Shown: piece after piece, positions 1 to 7,287 of the stretch | Numbering within the stretch: position 1 is the stretch's first letter | Layout: every line of letters starts with the position of its first letter | Assembly (NCBI GenBank): GCA_048882385.1 | Contig: JBHLRQ010000098.1 | Span: 1-11,308 of the forward strand | Direction: 5' to 3' | Origin: Candidatus Thorarchaeota archaeon | GTDB lineage: Archaea; Asgardarchaeota; Thorarchaeia; Thorarchaeales; Thorarchaeaceae | DNA: 11,308 bases | Notes under the pieces: generated by a model | Database searches by the model: none | The model's input: the letters and a program-made list of their open reading frames with translations, nothing else | Told to the model about the DNA's origin: nothing | Made by a program: the position numbers and the translations under genes

Positions 1-711
1 CTCTATTTTCTTCTCCCTATTGTAATGCGCCATCTCTCCACCGACTTTTTTCGTTGTGCCACTAAGAATGGCTAACCATTCACTCACACCTAGAAAAACT
101 GCAGCTAGGATTCCGCTGAAATCGCCAGCTATGAACCATCCAGATATACCCAAGATAAGACATGTTATCACTGTCCAAGCGCCCCCAATGAAGAAGAACA
201 TCTTACGTTTAGGAGGTTCTGCAAGCAGAAAACTCACATAGTCAATCTTCAGAGCTGGTTCACTATACATTCCTTTACACATAGCCTCTATCTTGATACC
301 GAACAGCGTGCCAGCTACTAATCGACCAAATGGGTAGAAGAAGAAAGTTGCTCCCATCACACAGCCAAGCCTTCTCAAGAAGAGCCACCAGTCATAACTG
401 GTCCAAACTAGAATTGTAGAGAAATCCAGTGGGGCTGATAGCAGTCTAAGATACCAATATGTCATTAAAAGACCAGGAAGGAAAAAGACACCAATGCAGG
501 GACCAAGAGGATATTCACGTCCTCGTAGTTCCTTGAAAAGGAGGTTTCTAATTCTAGCAGCAATTACGACCTCTTCCTGATCCGGATTTGGAGAGCGTTT
601 TATCTGTCTTACAATTTTCCAGAACTCTCTCCTCATTTCTTTGTCCACAGCCTTTGGATTCTTACTCACTATCTCCTCAATTTTCATCAAAGACTGCTTT
701 CGGTCAGACAT
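1..711 (-). CDS. Multi-pass membrane hypothetical protein, 3' end beyond the left edge (>=237 aa); not in the ORF track
   Basis: Manual translation: open frame from ATG at 711 (MSDRKQSLMKIEEIVSKNPKAVDKEMRREFWKIVRQIKR...) to the edge (...GGEMAHYNREKKIE), with several hydrophobic segments and an in-frame TAG upstream of the ATG. Confidence 0.88.
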   Translation of the reverse strand, partial: MSDRKQSLMKIEEIVSKNPKAVDKEMRREFWKIVRQIKRSPNPDQEEVVIAARIRNLLFKELRGREYPLGPCIGVFFLPGLLMTYWYLRLLSAPLDFSTILVWTSYDWWLFLRRLGCVMGATFFFYPFGRLVAGTLFGIKIEAMCKGMYSEPALKIDYVSFLLAEPPKRKMFFFIGGAWTVITCLILGISGWFIAGDFSGILAAVFLGVSEWLAILSGTTKKVGGEMAHYNREKKIE

Positions 712-787
712 CTGAATCAACAGTATGTTTGATTGACCTTGCTAATGAAACCTTACAACAGGGTAATTGAACCTGAATCGAGAAAAC

Positions 788-810
788 CAACAATCTCGCC
801 CGGTCCACAA
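788..810 (+). repeat. tRNA-3'-end-like repeat, copy 1 (CAACAATCTCGCCCGGTCCACAA)
   Basis: 18/23 to consensus TTCGAATCTCGCCCGGTCCACCA (18/19 over 792-810); intergenic, between divergent genes. Confidence 0.9.
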
Positions 811-888
811 CTTGGTTTCATATTGAAAAACGATTGCGTGTACAAGCTCTCTTTTATTATACGAGAATAGGGCGCACTCTGTGATGTT

Positions 889-1962
889 ATGGTTCAACCT
901 CGACGAAATTTGTTACAAATCGTTCTTTTACTTGCAATTCTGACAGTAGGCATCATAGTGTCAGCTGTTTATTTCTTACAACAAACCCAGATACTAGATT
1001 CACCGCAGACACCTGATCCACCTCAGATACAAAATCCGCAACAACTACCAAAAACTCCAGAAGATGTCGAACTTAGCCTCATAGGAGAGATTGATACTGG
1101 GGGTCATGCATTGAGTGTGCATGTGAATGGCGATCTCGCTTTCGTGACTGATTATGGAGAGAGCACTGCTCATGGTTTAATCATAGTCAATGTCAGCAAT
1201 CCATCTCAACCAGAGATACTGGGCGAATATCATGACGGAGGATTTCCGTATGCAATAGAGTCGGTAGGTGAAATAGTGTATATTGCAGACGAGGTTGAAG
1301 GACTCAGAGTAATCGATATTTCTGATCCTACTCATCCGCTCGAGATTGAAGGATTTGGTGGTAGCGGGATGGCGTTTGATTTGGAAATTGTTGGAGATTT
1401 CTTGTTCCTTGCAGATTACGAGTGGGGGATGGTTGTATTAGACATTAGCATTCCGAGTAACCCAGAATATGTTGCTAGTTTTGGTCCAGACTGTTTTCAT
1501 TTTGAGATTGAAGAGAATATTGCATACATAGCAGGTGCAGGACGTCTAAGAACAGTCAACGTCAGCGACCCACATAATCCAACGCTTCTGGGTCAAACCA
1601 TCGCAAGTAGTATCACTCTATGGGATCCGTCAGTTTCAAATGGGACAGTCTATCTTGCGAACCATAGTGGAGATGATGGTGAACTTCTTATTTATGATGC
1701 AAGAAATCCATCTAACATCCAAAAAATAGGCGAATTTGATTCTGCTGGTACGTTCCAGTCCTTCTTCGTTGATCATTCACTGCTTTATGCTGTTGACTTT
1801 GTGAGCGGGTTGTATGTTCTAGATGTGACCAATGCCACATTACCTTTAGAGATTGAGAGATTCTCAGATGGACAACCATGGGATGTAACTATCTGCGATG
1901 GTCTAGTATATCTAGTTGGATCTGAGGGCTTGCAAATTCTAGAAGCGACATACATCTACTAA
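889..1962 (+). CDS. Membrane-anchored LVIVD-repeat beta-propeller protein
   Basis: N-terminal hydrophobic anchor, Pro/Gln-rich linker, then ~42-aa repeats (GLIIVNVSNPSQP, GLRVIDISDPTHP, GMVVLDISIPSNP, LRTVNVSDPHNP, LLIYDARNPSN, GLYVLDVTNATLP). Confidence 0.9.
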   Translation: MVQPRRNLLQIVLLLAILTVGIIVSAVYFLQQTQILDSPQTPDPPQIQNPQQLPKTPEDVELSLIGEIDTGGHALSVHVNGDLAFVTDYGESTAHGLIIVNVSNPSQPEILGEYHDGGFPYAIESVGEIVYIADEVEGLRVIDISDPTHPLEIEGFGGSGMAFDLEIVGDFLFLADYEWGMVVLDISIPSNPEYVASFGPDCFHFEIEENIAYIAGAGRLRTVNVSDPHNPTLLGQTIASSITLWDPSVSNGTVYLANHSGDDGELLIYDARNPSNIQKIGEFDSAGTFQSFFVDHSLLYAVDFVSGLYVLDVTNATLPLEIERFSDGQPWDVTICDGLVYLVGSEGLQILEATYIY

Positions 1963-1985
1963 CCTAATACCACAGTGGTGGAGAT

Positions 1986-2008
1986 TTCAAATCTCGCCCG
2001 GTCCACCA
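1986..2008 (+). repeat. tRNA-3'-end-like repeat, copy 2 (TTCAAATCTCGCCCGGTCCACCA)
   Basis: 22/23 to consensus; ends in ACCA followed by CTTTT; 23 nt after the stop of 889..1962. Confidence 0.92.
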
Positions 2009-2115
2009 CTTTTAATGGGTGTATTGAAATTCCTTCTGTGGTAACAAGTAATCTACTGTTTTCTGAAATAGTTCTCCCAATCAATGAGAATTCATTGCTT
2101 GAAAACAAAAATGTT

Positions 2116-2132
2116 ATACCAAAAATTGGTAT
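2116..2132. promoter_or_regulatory. Inverted repeat ATACCAA-AAA-TTGGTAT, putative operator
   Basis: Perfect 7-bp arms, ending 22 nt upstream of the probable ATG (2155) of the wHTH gene. Confidence 0.4.
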
Positions 2133-2154
2133 CAAATCATTAGTGAATCGGAAA

Positions 2155-2814
2155 ATGACGGAAGGCACAACATCTGAAGGCAACAAAACACAGGATGTAC
2201 TGCATTTTACCCCTGAATTGGTGAAGATTCTAGATTCACCCCAAGCGATAAGACTGCTTGAAGATCCGGATTATTACATTATCGTTGAGATTCTACGAAA
2301 GAGACCTATGACTATTCGTGAAATTGAAGACGCGTACAAGTTGAGAGCTTCTGACCACGAAACGGTTGAGCCAAAATCCTACAACACCATCTACAGGTAT
2401 ATCAAAGCTCTGGAAAAAGAAGGTCTTGTGATACCTGGGGGGAAACGAGTTGAATTTGGAAAGACAGCTGCTGAAACTCTCTTCTCGAGAACGGCAAAAC
2501 TATTTCATTTTGGATGTCCTCCAGACATGACCGAAGAAGGCAGAGAATTTGTCGATCGAGTTTTGGGAGGGTTAATGCTTTTGTATGGTGGATCCAAAGT
2601 AACCGAGTCATGTCTACGTGAAACAATTAATGAAATCAGTGTAACAATGAAAGACGAGATTACGAAACTTGCACAGGTGGATCACAAAGTGAAATTGGAT
2701 GAAATCTTGGCAGGTGAATGGGGAATAATGATCAAGACTCTGGATTATATCGCCTTTTTGAGCATCATTCTGAATCATCCCGAACTAGTGAAGAAACTCA
2801 AAGATTGTTTCTAG
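2155..2814 (+). CDS. Winged helix-turn-helix (ArsR-like) transcriptional regulator; probable start ATG 2155 (219 aa)
   Basis: IVEILRKRPMTIREI...KSYNTIYRYIKALEKEGLV...AETLFSRTAK wHTH pattern. The 60 codons from GTG 1975 span repeat copy 2 and AT-rich promoter-like DNA, so they are likely spurious. Confidence 0.85.
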   Translation: MTEGTTSEGNKTQDVLHFTPELVKILDSPQAIRLLEDPDYYIIVEILRKRPMTIREIEDAYKLRASDHETVEPKSYNTIYRYIKALEKEGLVIPGGKRVEFGKTAAETLFSRTAKLFHFGCPPDMTEEGREFVDRVLGGLMLLYGGSKVTESCLRETINEISVTMKDEITKLAQVDHKVKLDEILAGEWGIMIKTLDYIAFLSIILNHPELVKKLKDCF

Positions 2815-3238
2815 TTGGACAGACATTCATTGGACATTCCATTACTGCTTCAAGATACCGTGAATTAGAACACCTTCCAATCATAATCAGTGTATGGTTT
2901 TTATTTTTCGTTGAGAGATATATTTATATCATTATTCGATAATATATTATCATGTTGTGATAATAATGGCTTTCCAGAAATTAAAACAAAGTGGTTTGGC
3001 CCATAGGAAAATTGTACAAGACGAACCTTGTGAAGATGGAATTGCTAGGAGTAAAACTAGTATGGACAAACAACATGTGGTAGCATACAGACATGATGTC
3101 TCACGAATTCCACGTCATAACAAATGGATGACTGGAAGATCAGTGGCAACTCTTCATCGCTAGAAAGCCAGGCACTTCATTTTTTCTCTCACACATCAAT
3201 CTGAATCAAACATTAGACAACCACTATTCTATACTTTA

Positions 3239-3261
3239 CTCGAATCTCGCTCGACCGATCA
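3239..3261 (+). repeat. tRNA-3'-end-like repeat, copy 3, most degenerate (CTCGAATCTCGCTCGACCGATCA)
   Basis: 17/23 ungapped to consensus; followed by CT as in copies 1, 2 and 5; intergenic. Confidence 0.7.
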
Positions 3262-3327
3262 CTACTCTTCTATGATATACTGAAAATTTAAACTGGAGTT
3301 GTGTTGTCTAAGATTGTTGGAAGGATA

Positions 3328-3765
3328 ATGGATTCGGTACATCCAAGCGGCATGTCATCAATCAGAAATGCCAGATTATTAGGAATTCTATTTCTAGTCT
3401 ATGCTATTCTAATGCCTCTCATCATTCTCTTAATACCAGAATCCGAACTTCCTGCTGGTGCTGATTTGCCTGAAGCCATTTCATGGTTAATGATTATTTT
3501 GATGCCCATCGAGATTCTACTCATCTATCTGTCGTATCATCATTTTAGAAAAAGGGCTGAGTTGGGTAATATCATGGGACCAGCTGTTCTCATGTACACT
3601 TTCGCTACTATACCATCTATCTATGCATTCGTAATTGGATTCATAGGATCAGAGTTGCGATCCATTGCGATTCTACTTGGCTTGGTCTTTTCACTCGTGG
3701 GTTTTTGGCTAACATCGATGTATTTGTCGAAACTTTGGGAAAACACTACATCAGACAATCATTAG
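3328..3765 (+). CDS. Four-TM membrane hypothetical protein (start ATG 3328; track uses GTG 3301)
   Basis: Four hydrophobic segments; TTTAAA TATA-like box at 3287-3292. Confidence 0.8.
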   Translation: MDSVHPSGMSSIRNARLLGILFLVYAILMPLIILLIPESELPAGADLPEAISWLMIILMPIEILLIYLSYHHFRKRAELGNIMGPAVLMYTFATIPSIYAFVIGFIGSELRSIAILLGLVFSLVGFWLTSMYLSKLWENTTSDNH

Positions 3766-3778
3766 GTTGTTCATATCG

Positions 3779-3801
3779 TTCGAATCTCGCCCGGTCTACA
3801 A
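3779..3801 (+). repeat. tRNA-3'-end-like repeat, copy 4 (TTCGAATCTCGCCCGGTCTACAA)
   Basis: 21/23 to consensus; preceded by G, giving the canonical GTTCGAATC; 13 nt after the stop at 3765. Confidence 0.92.
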
Positions 3802-3891
3802 GTTTCTCTTTTACAAGGATTTGATGGTTCAAGTATTCAAGCATCTCATTTGTTTTATAGGAACGATATCTAATTTATGTGATGCTGGATT

Positions 3892-4389
3892 ATGCTAATC
3901 GTTACTATTGCAAGCATCCTCGGATGGGCTTTACTAAGAAGATTTGGATGGAAATGGTCACTAGCAGCCTTTCTTATTATGACTTCAGTAGTTTCATTAT
4001 TAGTCATAAATGATGTCCAAACTGGAGGAGTTATACGTGATGATATCGGTCCAGAAACAGATCTTTTGTACTCCACTGTATATACCAGAAGTACTGCATT
4101 ATTACCCTTTATGATACAGAAACACCATAATTGGACCTCGCAGACATTCATTTACTATGTTACATTTCTTACTCATGATGGAGATATTGTTTCTCAGACA
4201 GGTCCAGCTCCAGACCAGAGCGAGTTCATGCATTTGGCACTGTTCACAATATCAGTGTCCATCTGTTTCCAAGGATTTGTAGTAGCTGTACTGGTAACTC
4301 TTGGAGCTGAATTCATTATATGGTGGCGAAAGCCTGATAGAATGGAAATACTACGAGGTTATTCTACCAAAAATGATGCCACTGAATAG
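3892..4389 (+). CDS. Membrane hypothetical protein
   Basis: 165-aa ORF with hydrophobic N- and C-terminal segments around a soluble loop. Confidence 0.7.
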   Translation: MLIVTIASILGWALLRRFGWKWSLAAFLIMTSVVSLLVINDVQTGGVIRDDIGPETDLLYSTVYTRSTALLPFMIQKHHNWTSQTFIYYVTFLTHDGDIVSQTGPAPDQSEFMHLALFTISVSICFQGFVVAVLVTLGAEFIIWWRKPDRMEILRGYSTKNDATE

Positions 4390-4467
4390 ACATTCATACT
4401 ATGGCATCATGTGAGTGGCATTGCGTTAACCCCTACCCTATAATGCAGTGGGAAAGGGCTGAAGAAC

Positions 4468-5154
4468 ATGAAGCTTCTTGTGTTCAATGCAAGTCCTAGG
4501 AAATCCAATGGCACGACAGATGTGTTGTTGGAAGCCTTCATTGAGGGAGCAAGGTCGTCAGGAGCTGCTGTTGAGAAACATCACATTGTGGACCTGAAAA
4601 TAAATGGATGCCGTGGATGCTTCAACTGTTGGTGGGTAACTCCTGGCAAGTGCGTACAAAAAGATGACATGGAAAAACTCCTTCCTAGCATTACAGAGGC
4701 CGATGTAATGCTCCTTGGTACACCAATCTATGGGCGTAACGTGACCCATTACTTGCAGAAACTGCTTGAAAGGACCTTTGTGTTCTCTCTTCCTGAGATG
4801 GTGAATCGTGAGGGAGAAACACAGCATCCAGGTAGAATAAGGAGGTTTCCAAGATTGGTTCTGGCTGCGACATGTGGATTTCCTGATACGAGTAACTTCG
4901 ATATAGTGAGAGCCCTCTATCCGATGGCACTACCCATCTTTCTTCCAGCTGCGCAGCTATTGTTCTACGAAGAGGGAAAGAAGCAGCTTTCAGGTTTTCT
5001 TCAGGCTGTAAGGCTTGCTGGAAAGAAGATAGCTGTGGGTGAAGATCTTACTGAAGAAACGAAGGACCAGTTGATAGTGGAATTCTCCGACGAGATGAAG
5101 AAACAGTTAGTGGAAATGCACAACAAATACAGCGAATCACGAAGCCAAAAGTGA
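4468..5154 (+). CDS. Flavodoxin-fold iron-sulfur flavoprotein / NADPH-dependent FMN reductase family
   Basis: FMN-binding loop NASPRKSNGTT, Cys motif CRGCFNCWWVTPGKC (CX2CX2CX7C), DDM and GTPIY motifs. Confidence 0.92.
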   Translation: MKLLVFNASPRKSNGTTDVLLEAFIEGARSSGAAVEKHHIVDLKINGCRGCFNCWWVTPGKCVQKDDMEKLLPSITEADVMLLGTPIYGRNVTHYLQKLLERTFVFSLPEMVNREGETQHPGRIRRFPRLVLAATCGFPDTSNFDIVRALYPMALPIFLPAAQLLFYEEGKKQLSGFLQAVRLAGKKIAVGEDLTEETKDQLIVEFSDEMKKQLVEMHNKYSESRSQK

Positions 5155-5162
5155 TTGAGATC

Positions 5163-5185
5163 TTCGAATCGCGCCTTGTCTACCA
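5163..5185 (+). repeat. tRNA-3'-end-like repeat, copy 5 (TTCGAATCGCGCCTTGTCTACCA)
   Basis: 19/23 to consensus; followed by CTT; 8 nt after the stop at 5154. Confidence 0.82.
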
Positions 5186-5306
5186 CTTCTTATGATTGGT
5201 GGCCCAGCTATGGTTGAAGTTCGAGGTTTGCTATACTATATCTATCTTGTAATAGCTCTTTTCGGTATACTAATCATATTCACTTGACGATGTTTGGAGG
5301 AATGAT

Positions 5307-5780
5307 TCAATCAAAGACGAGCTCAAAGAGCTCAACATCTAGACCCCAGAGATGCCTTCTCATATACGCGCACTTTTCGAAGCCATTCTTCTCATAGAGT
5401 GAGATTGCTTCTGTTAGAAATGGAACTGTGTTCAACCATACTTTTACTGCATTGTGTTTTCTTGCTGTTTCAATTACGACGTCAACCAAAGCCTGACCAA
5501 TGCCATGTCGTCTATGTTCAGGTGTAACTGCCATATGAGTCAGATAACATGTACCGTGTTTGAAAATACATCCCACAACTCCAACTACTTCTTTGGAGGT
5601 TTCAGCTACAAAGTATGTATCTGTTTGTAACCAGGTCACAGTTTCATCAGGAGATGGCGTTCTAGATTCTAACAATTCCTTAGGAAATCTATCAGAATAA
5701 TCGCTCCAGACTCTGGAGTAAAGACTCGAAATACTTGATGCGTCGCTCTCCAATGCAGGACGAATTGTGAATGCAGACAA
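5307..5780 (-). CDS. GNAT family N-acetyltransferase
   Basis: Motif A MAVTPEHRRHGIGQALV and motif B AISLYEKNGF. Confidence 0.93.
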   Translation of the reverse strand: MSAFTIRPALESDASSISSLYSRVWSDYSDRFPKELLESRTPSPDETVTWLQTDTYFVAETSKEVVGVVGCIFKHGTCYLTHMAVTPEHRRHGIGQALVDVVIETARKHNAVKVWLNTVPFLTEAISLYEKNGFEKCAYMRRHLWGLDVELFELVFD

Positions 5781-5986
5781 TGACTACACCAAATTCATAC
5801 TCGGGGTGGTCCGTAAATGTGTTATGATTAAATGAGATCGGACTTTAGTCAATCAATATTCTAATGACTAGATATCGGTAACACCATCATCTAAGAGAGT
5901 TTAGTGCTAAGAATGACAAACGTTGGAGACCTATCCACCATGGAATGCTTGCTTCTGAGTATATGATGTTGGGTAGAGAGTGATTA

Positions 5987-6514
5987 CTAATCGTCAATCC
6001 GTTCTCCCAAGTGATAGTAGTTGAAGTCGCCACCAATGGACCATATTATAGGTTGTACTCTTCTCAAGTCAAGTTTACCTTCTGAGAGCACTTCAGAGTC
6101 AGCATATGATTTTACTACTCTTCCTATGATACCCTCGTTGGGATCATAATCGAGTATCTCTGTGACTTCACACTCCATATTCAATGAGCACTCTTGAATC
6201 ATTGGAGCTGTGTCCAACTCACCAAAGAATGTTTCAAAGATCGTGGATTTGTCATAATCTCGGCCGGACTTACTTCCGCAAAGATTCGTTTTCTCAAGCA
6301 TTGACTCAGATGGTATGTTTACACTGAATGTCATGTTTTGGTGGATACCTATCCTAGTGTATCGTTTCTTGTATAGGCTGAAGAACACATGTCTACCAAA
6401 ATTGAATGGAGATATGTATCCTATTACCAAAAAGTTGGGTTTTCCATCTACTAGTGCACCTACAAGCGCCACAGGTAGAGGATTGAGTACATTTCCCTTG
6501 ACCACTTCTTTCAT
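5987..6514 (-). CDS. Flavin reductase family protein (DIM6/NTAB, flavoredoxin-like)
   Basis: PLPVALVG, FSVNIP, CGSKSGRDYDK and APMIQECSLNMECEV motifs; GGTGA SD upstream. Confidence 0.92.
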   Translation of the reverse strand: MKEVVKGNVLNPLPVALVGALVDGKPNFLVIGYISPFNFGRHVFFSLYKKRYTRIGIHQNMTFSVNIPSESMLEKTNLCGSKSGRDYDKSTIFETFFGELDTAPMIQECSLNMECEVTEILDYDPNEGIIGRVVKSYADSEVLSEGKLDLRRVQPIIWSIGGDFNYYHLGERIDD

Positions 6515-6539
6515 AGGTGGCTTTCACCATTCTTCATTA

Positions 6540-7112
6540 TTAGTTCAAACTTATTCCATAAGCCTCAGAGAATGCTATCTCGTTAAGATCACGGGTTGAC
6601 CTAGGATTAGGAACTTCATCAGGAATTCCTAGTGTCACCAATGCGACAATATCAGCAGTATCAGGGATTTGGAGAGCCTGTTTGACTGCAGCTATGTTCT
6701 GACTATTCCTAGAGTCTAGCATGGCCACCCAGCAGGATCCATATCCAAGAGCGGTTGCTGCTAAGACAACATGTTCTGTCGCAATCATTGTGTCTTGAAC
6801 ATGCCACATGGAGGGATTACCAGGGCAGCATGATGCTGCTTTGTTTGCTAACGCAATGATAACAGCTTTCGCACCTGCAATGAACTTCTGTCTACCTGCA
6901 ACAAGTGAGAGGAGTTCTATTGTTTCGGGATCCTTAACAATGACAAAACGCCATGGCTGGGTGTTGTTTGTAGATGGTGATAGTCGTGCGGCTTCCACCA
7001 TCTGAGTGAGGTGTTCATCAGGAATCTCAATGTCCTTGTATTTTCGAATGCTCCTTCTTTTTGTCACAACATCGAAGAAGCTCTCAGATTGGGTTTCATT
7101 CAAATCAATCAC
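6540..7112 (-). CDS. Nitroreductase family protein (start may be TTG 7103)
   Basis: KRRSIRKY, AARLSPSTNNTQPWRFVIV and LAATALGYGSCWV motifs; likely co-transcribed with the flavin reductase (25-nt gap). Confidence 0.94.
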   Translation of the reverse strand: MIDLNETQSESFFDVVTKRRSIRKYKDIEIPDEHLTQMVEAARLSPSTNNTQPWRFVIVKDPETIELLSLVAGRQKFIAGAKAVIIALANKAASCCPGNPSMWHVQDTMIATEHVVLAATALGYGSCWVAMLDSRNSQNIAAVKQALQIPDTADIVALVTLGIPDEVPNPRSTRDLNEIAFSEAYGISLN

Positions 7113-7124
7113 ACCTATCGGATA

Positions 7125-7151
7125 TCCAATATATTGGACGTCCTATATAAA
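7125..7151 (-). promoter_or_regulatory. TATA box (TTTATATA, 7151-7144) plus 14-bp palindrome TCCAATATATTGGA (7125-7138)
   Basis: Both lie directly upstream of the nitroreductase start; the palindrome sits between TATA and start. Confidence 0.5.
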
Positions 7152-7287
7152 ACATACACATTACGCAAGTAATCCAGTTTTGGAATTAATTGAGATTATA
7201 GATTGAAGTGAAAGAAAGGACTTCTACACAAATTCTGCCAATCCTTATCTTATCATACTCCCATAGAATTATGTCGGGGTTAGAAGA

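Noticed and set aside
1940-2008. Complete tRNA or tmRNA gene at repeat copy 2 or the other copies
   Set aside because: No acceptor 5' strand, D arm or anticodon arm upstream; for copies 2, 4 and 5 that DNA is the end of a CDS.
1975-2154. N-terminal 60 aa of the 279-aa ORF
   Set aside because: Spans repeat copy 2 and promoter-like palindromes; the wHTH protein plausibly begins at ATG 2155.
2821-4397. AGACATTCAT near two gene ends (2821, 4388)
   Set aside because: A third copy lies inside a CDS (4142); 10 nt with no extension is too weak to call.
788-5185. Repeats as a CRISPR array
   Set aside because: Intervals are 0.5-1.4 kb and contain whole genes; copies are degenerate; no cas genes are present.
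6255-6268. AATCTCGGCCGGAC, 12/14 match to the repeat core
   Set aside because: Lies within the conserved SGRDY codons of the flavin reductase and lacks TTCG and ACCA; likely chance.
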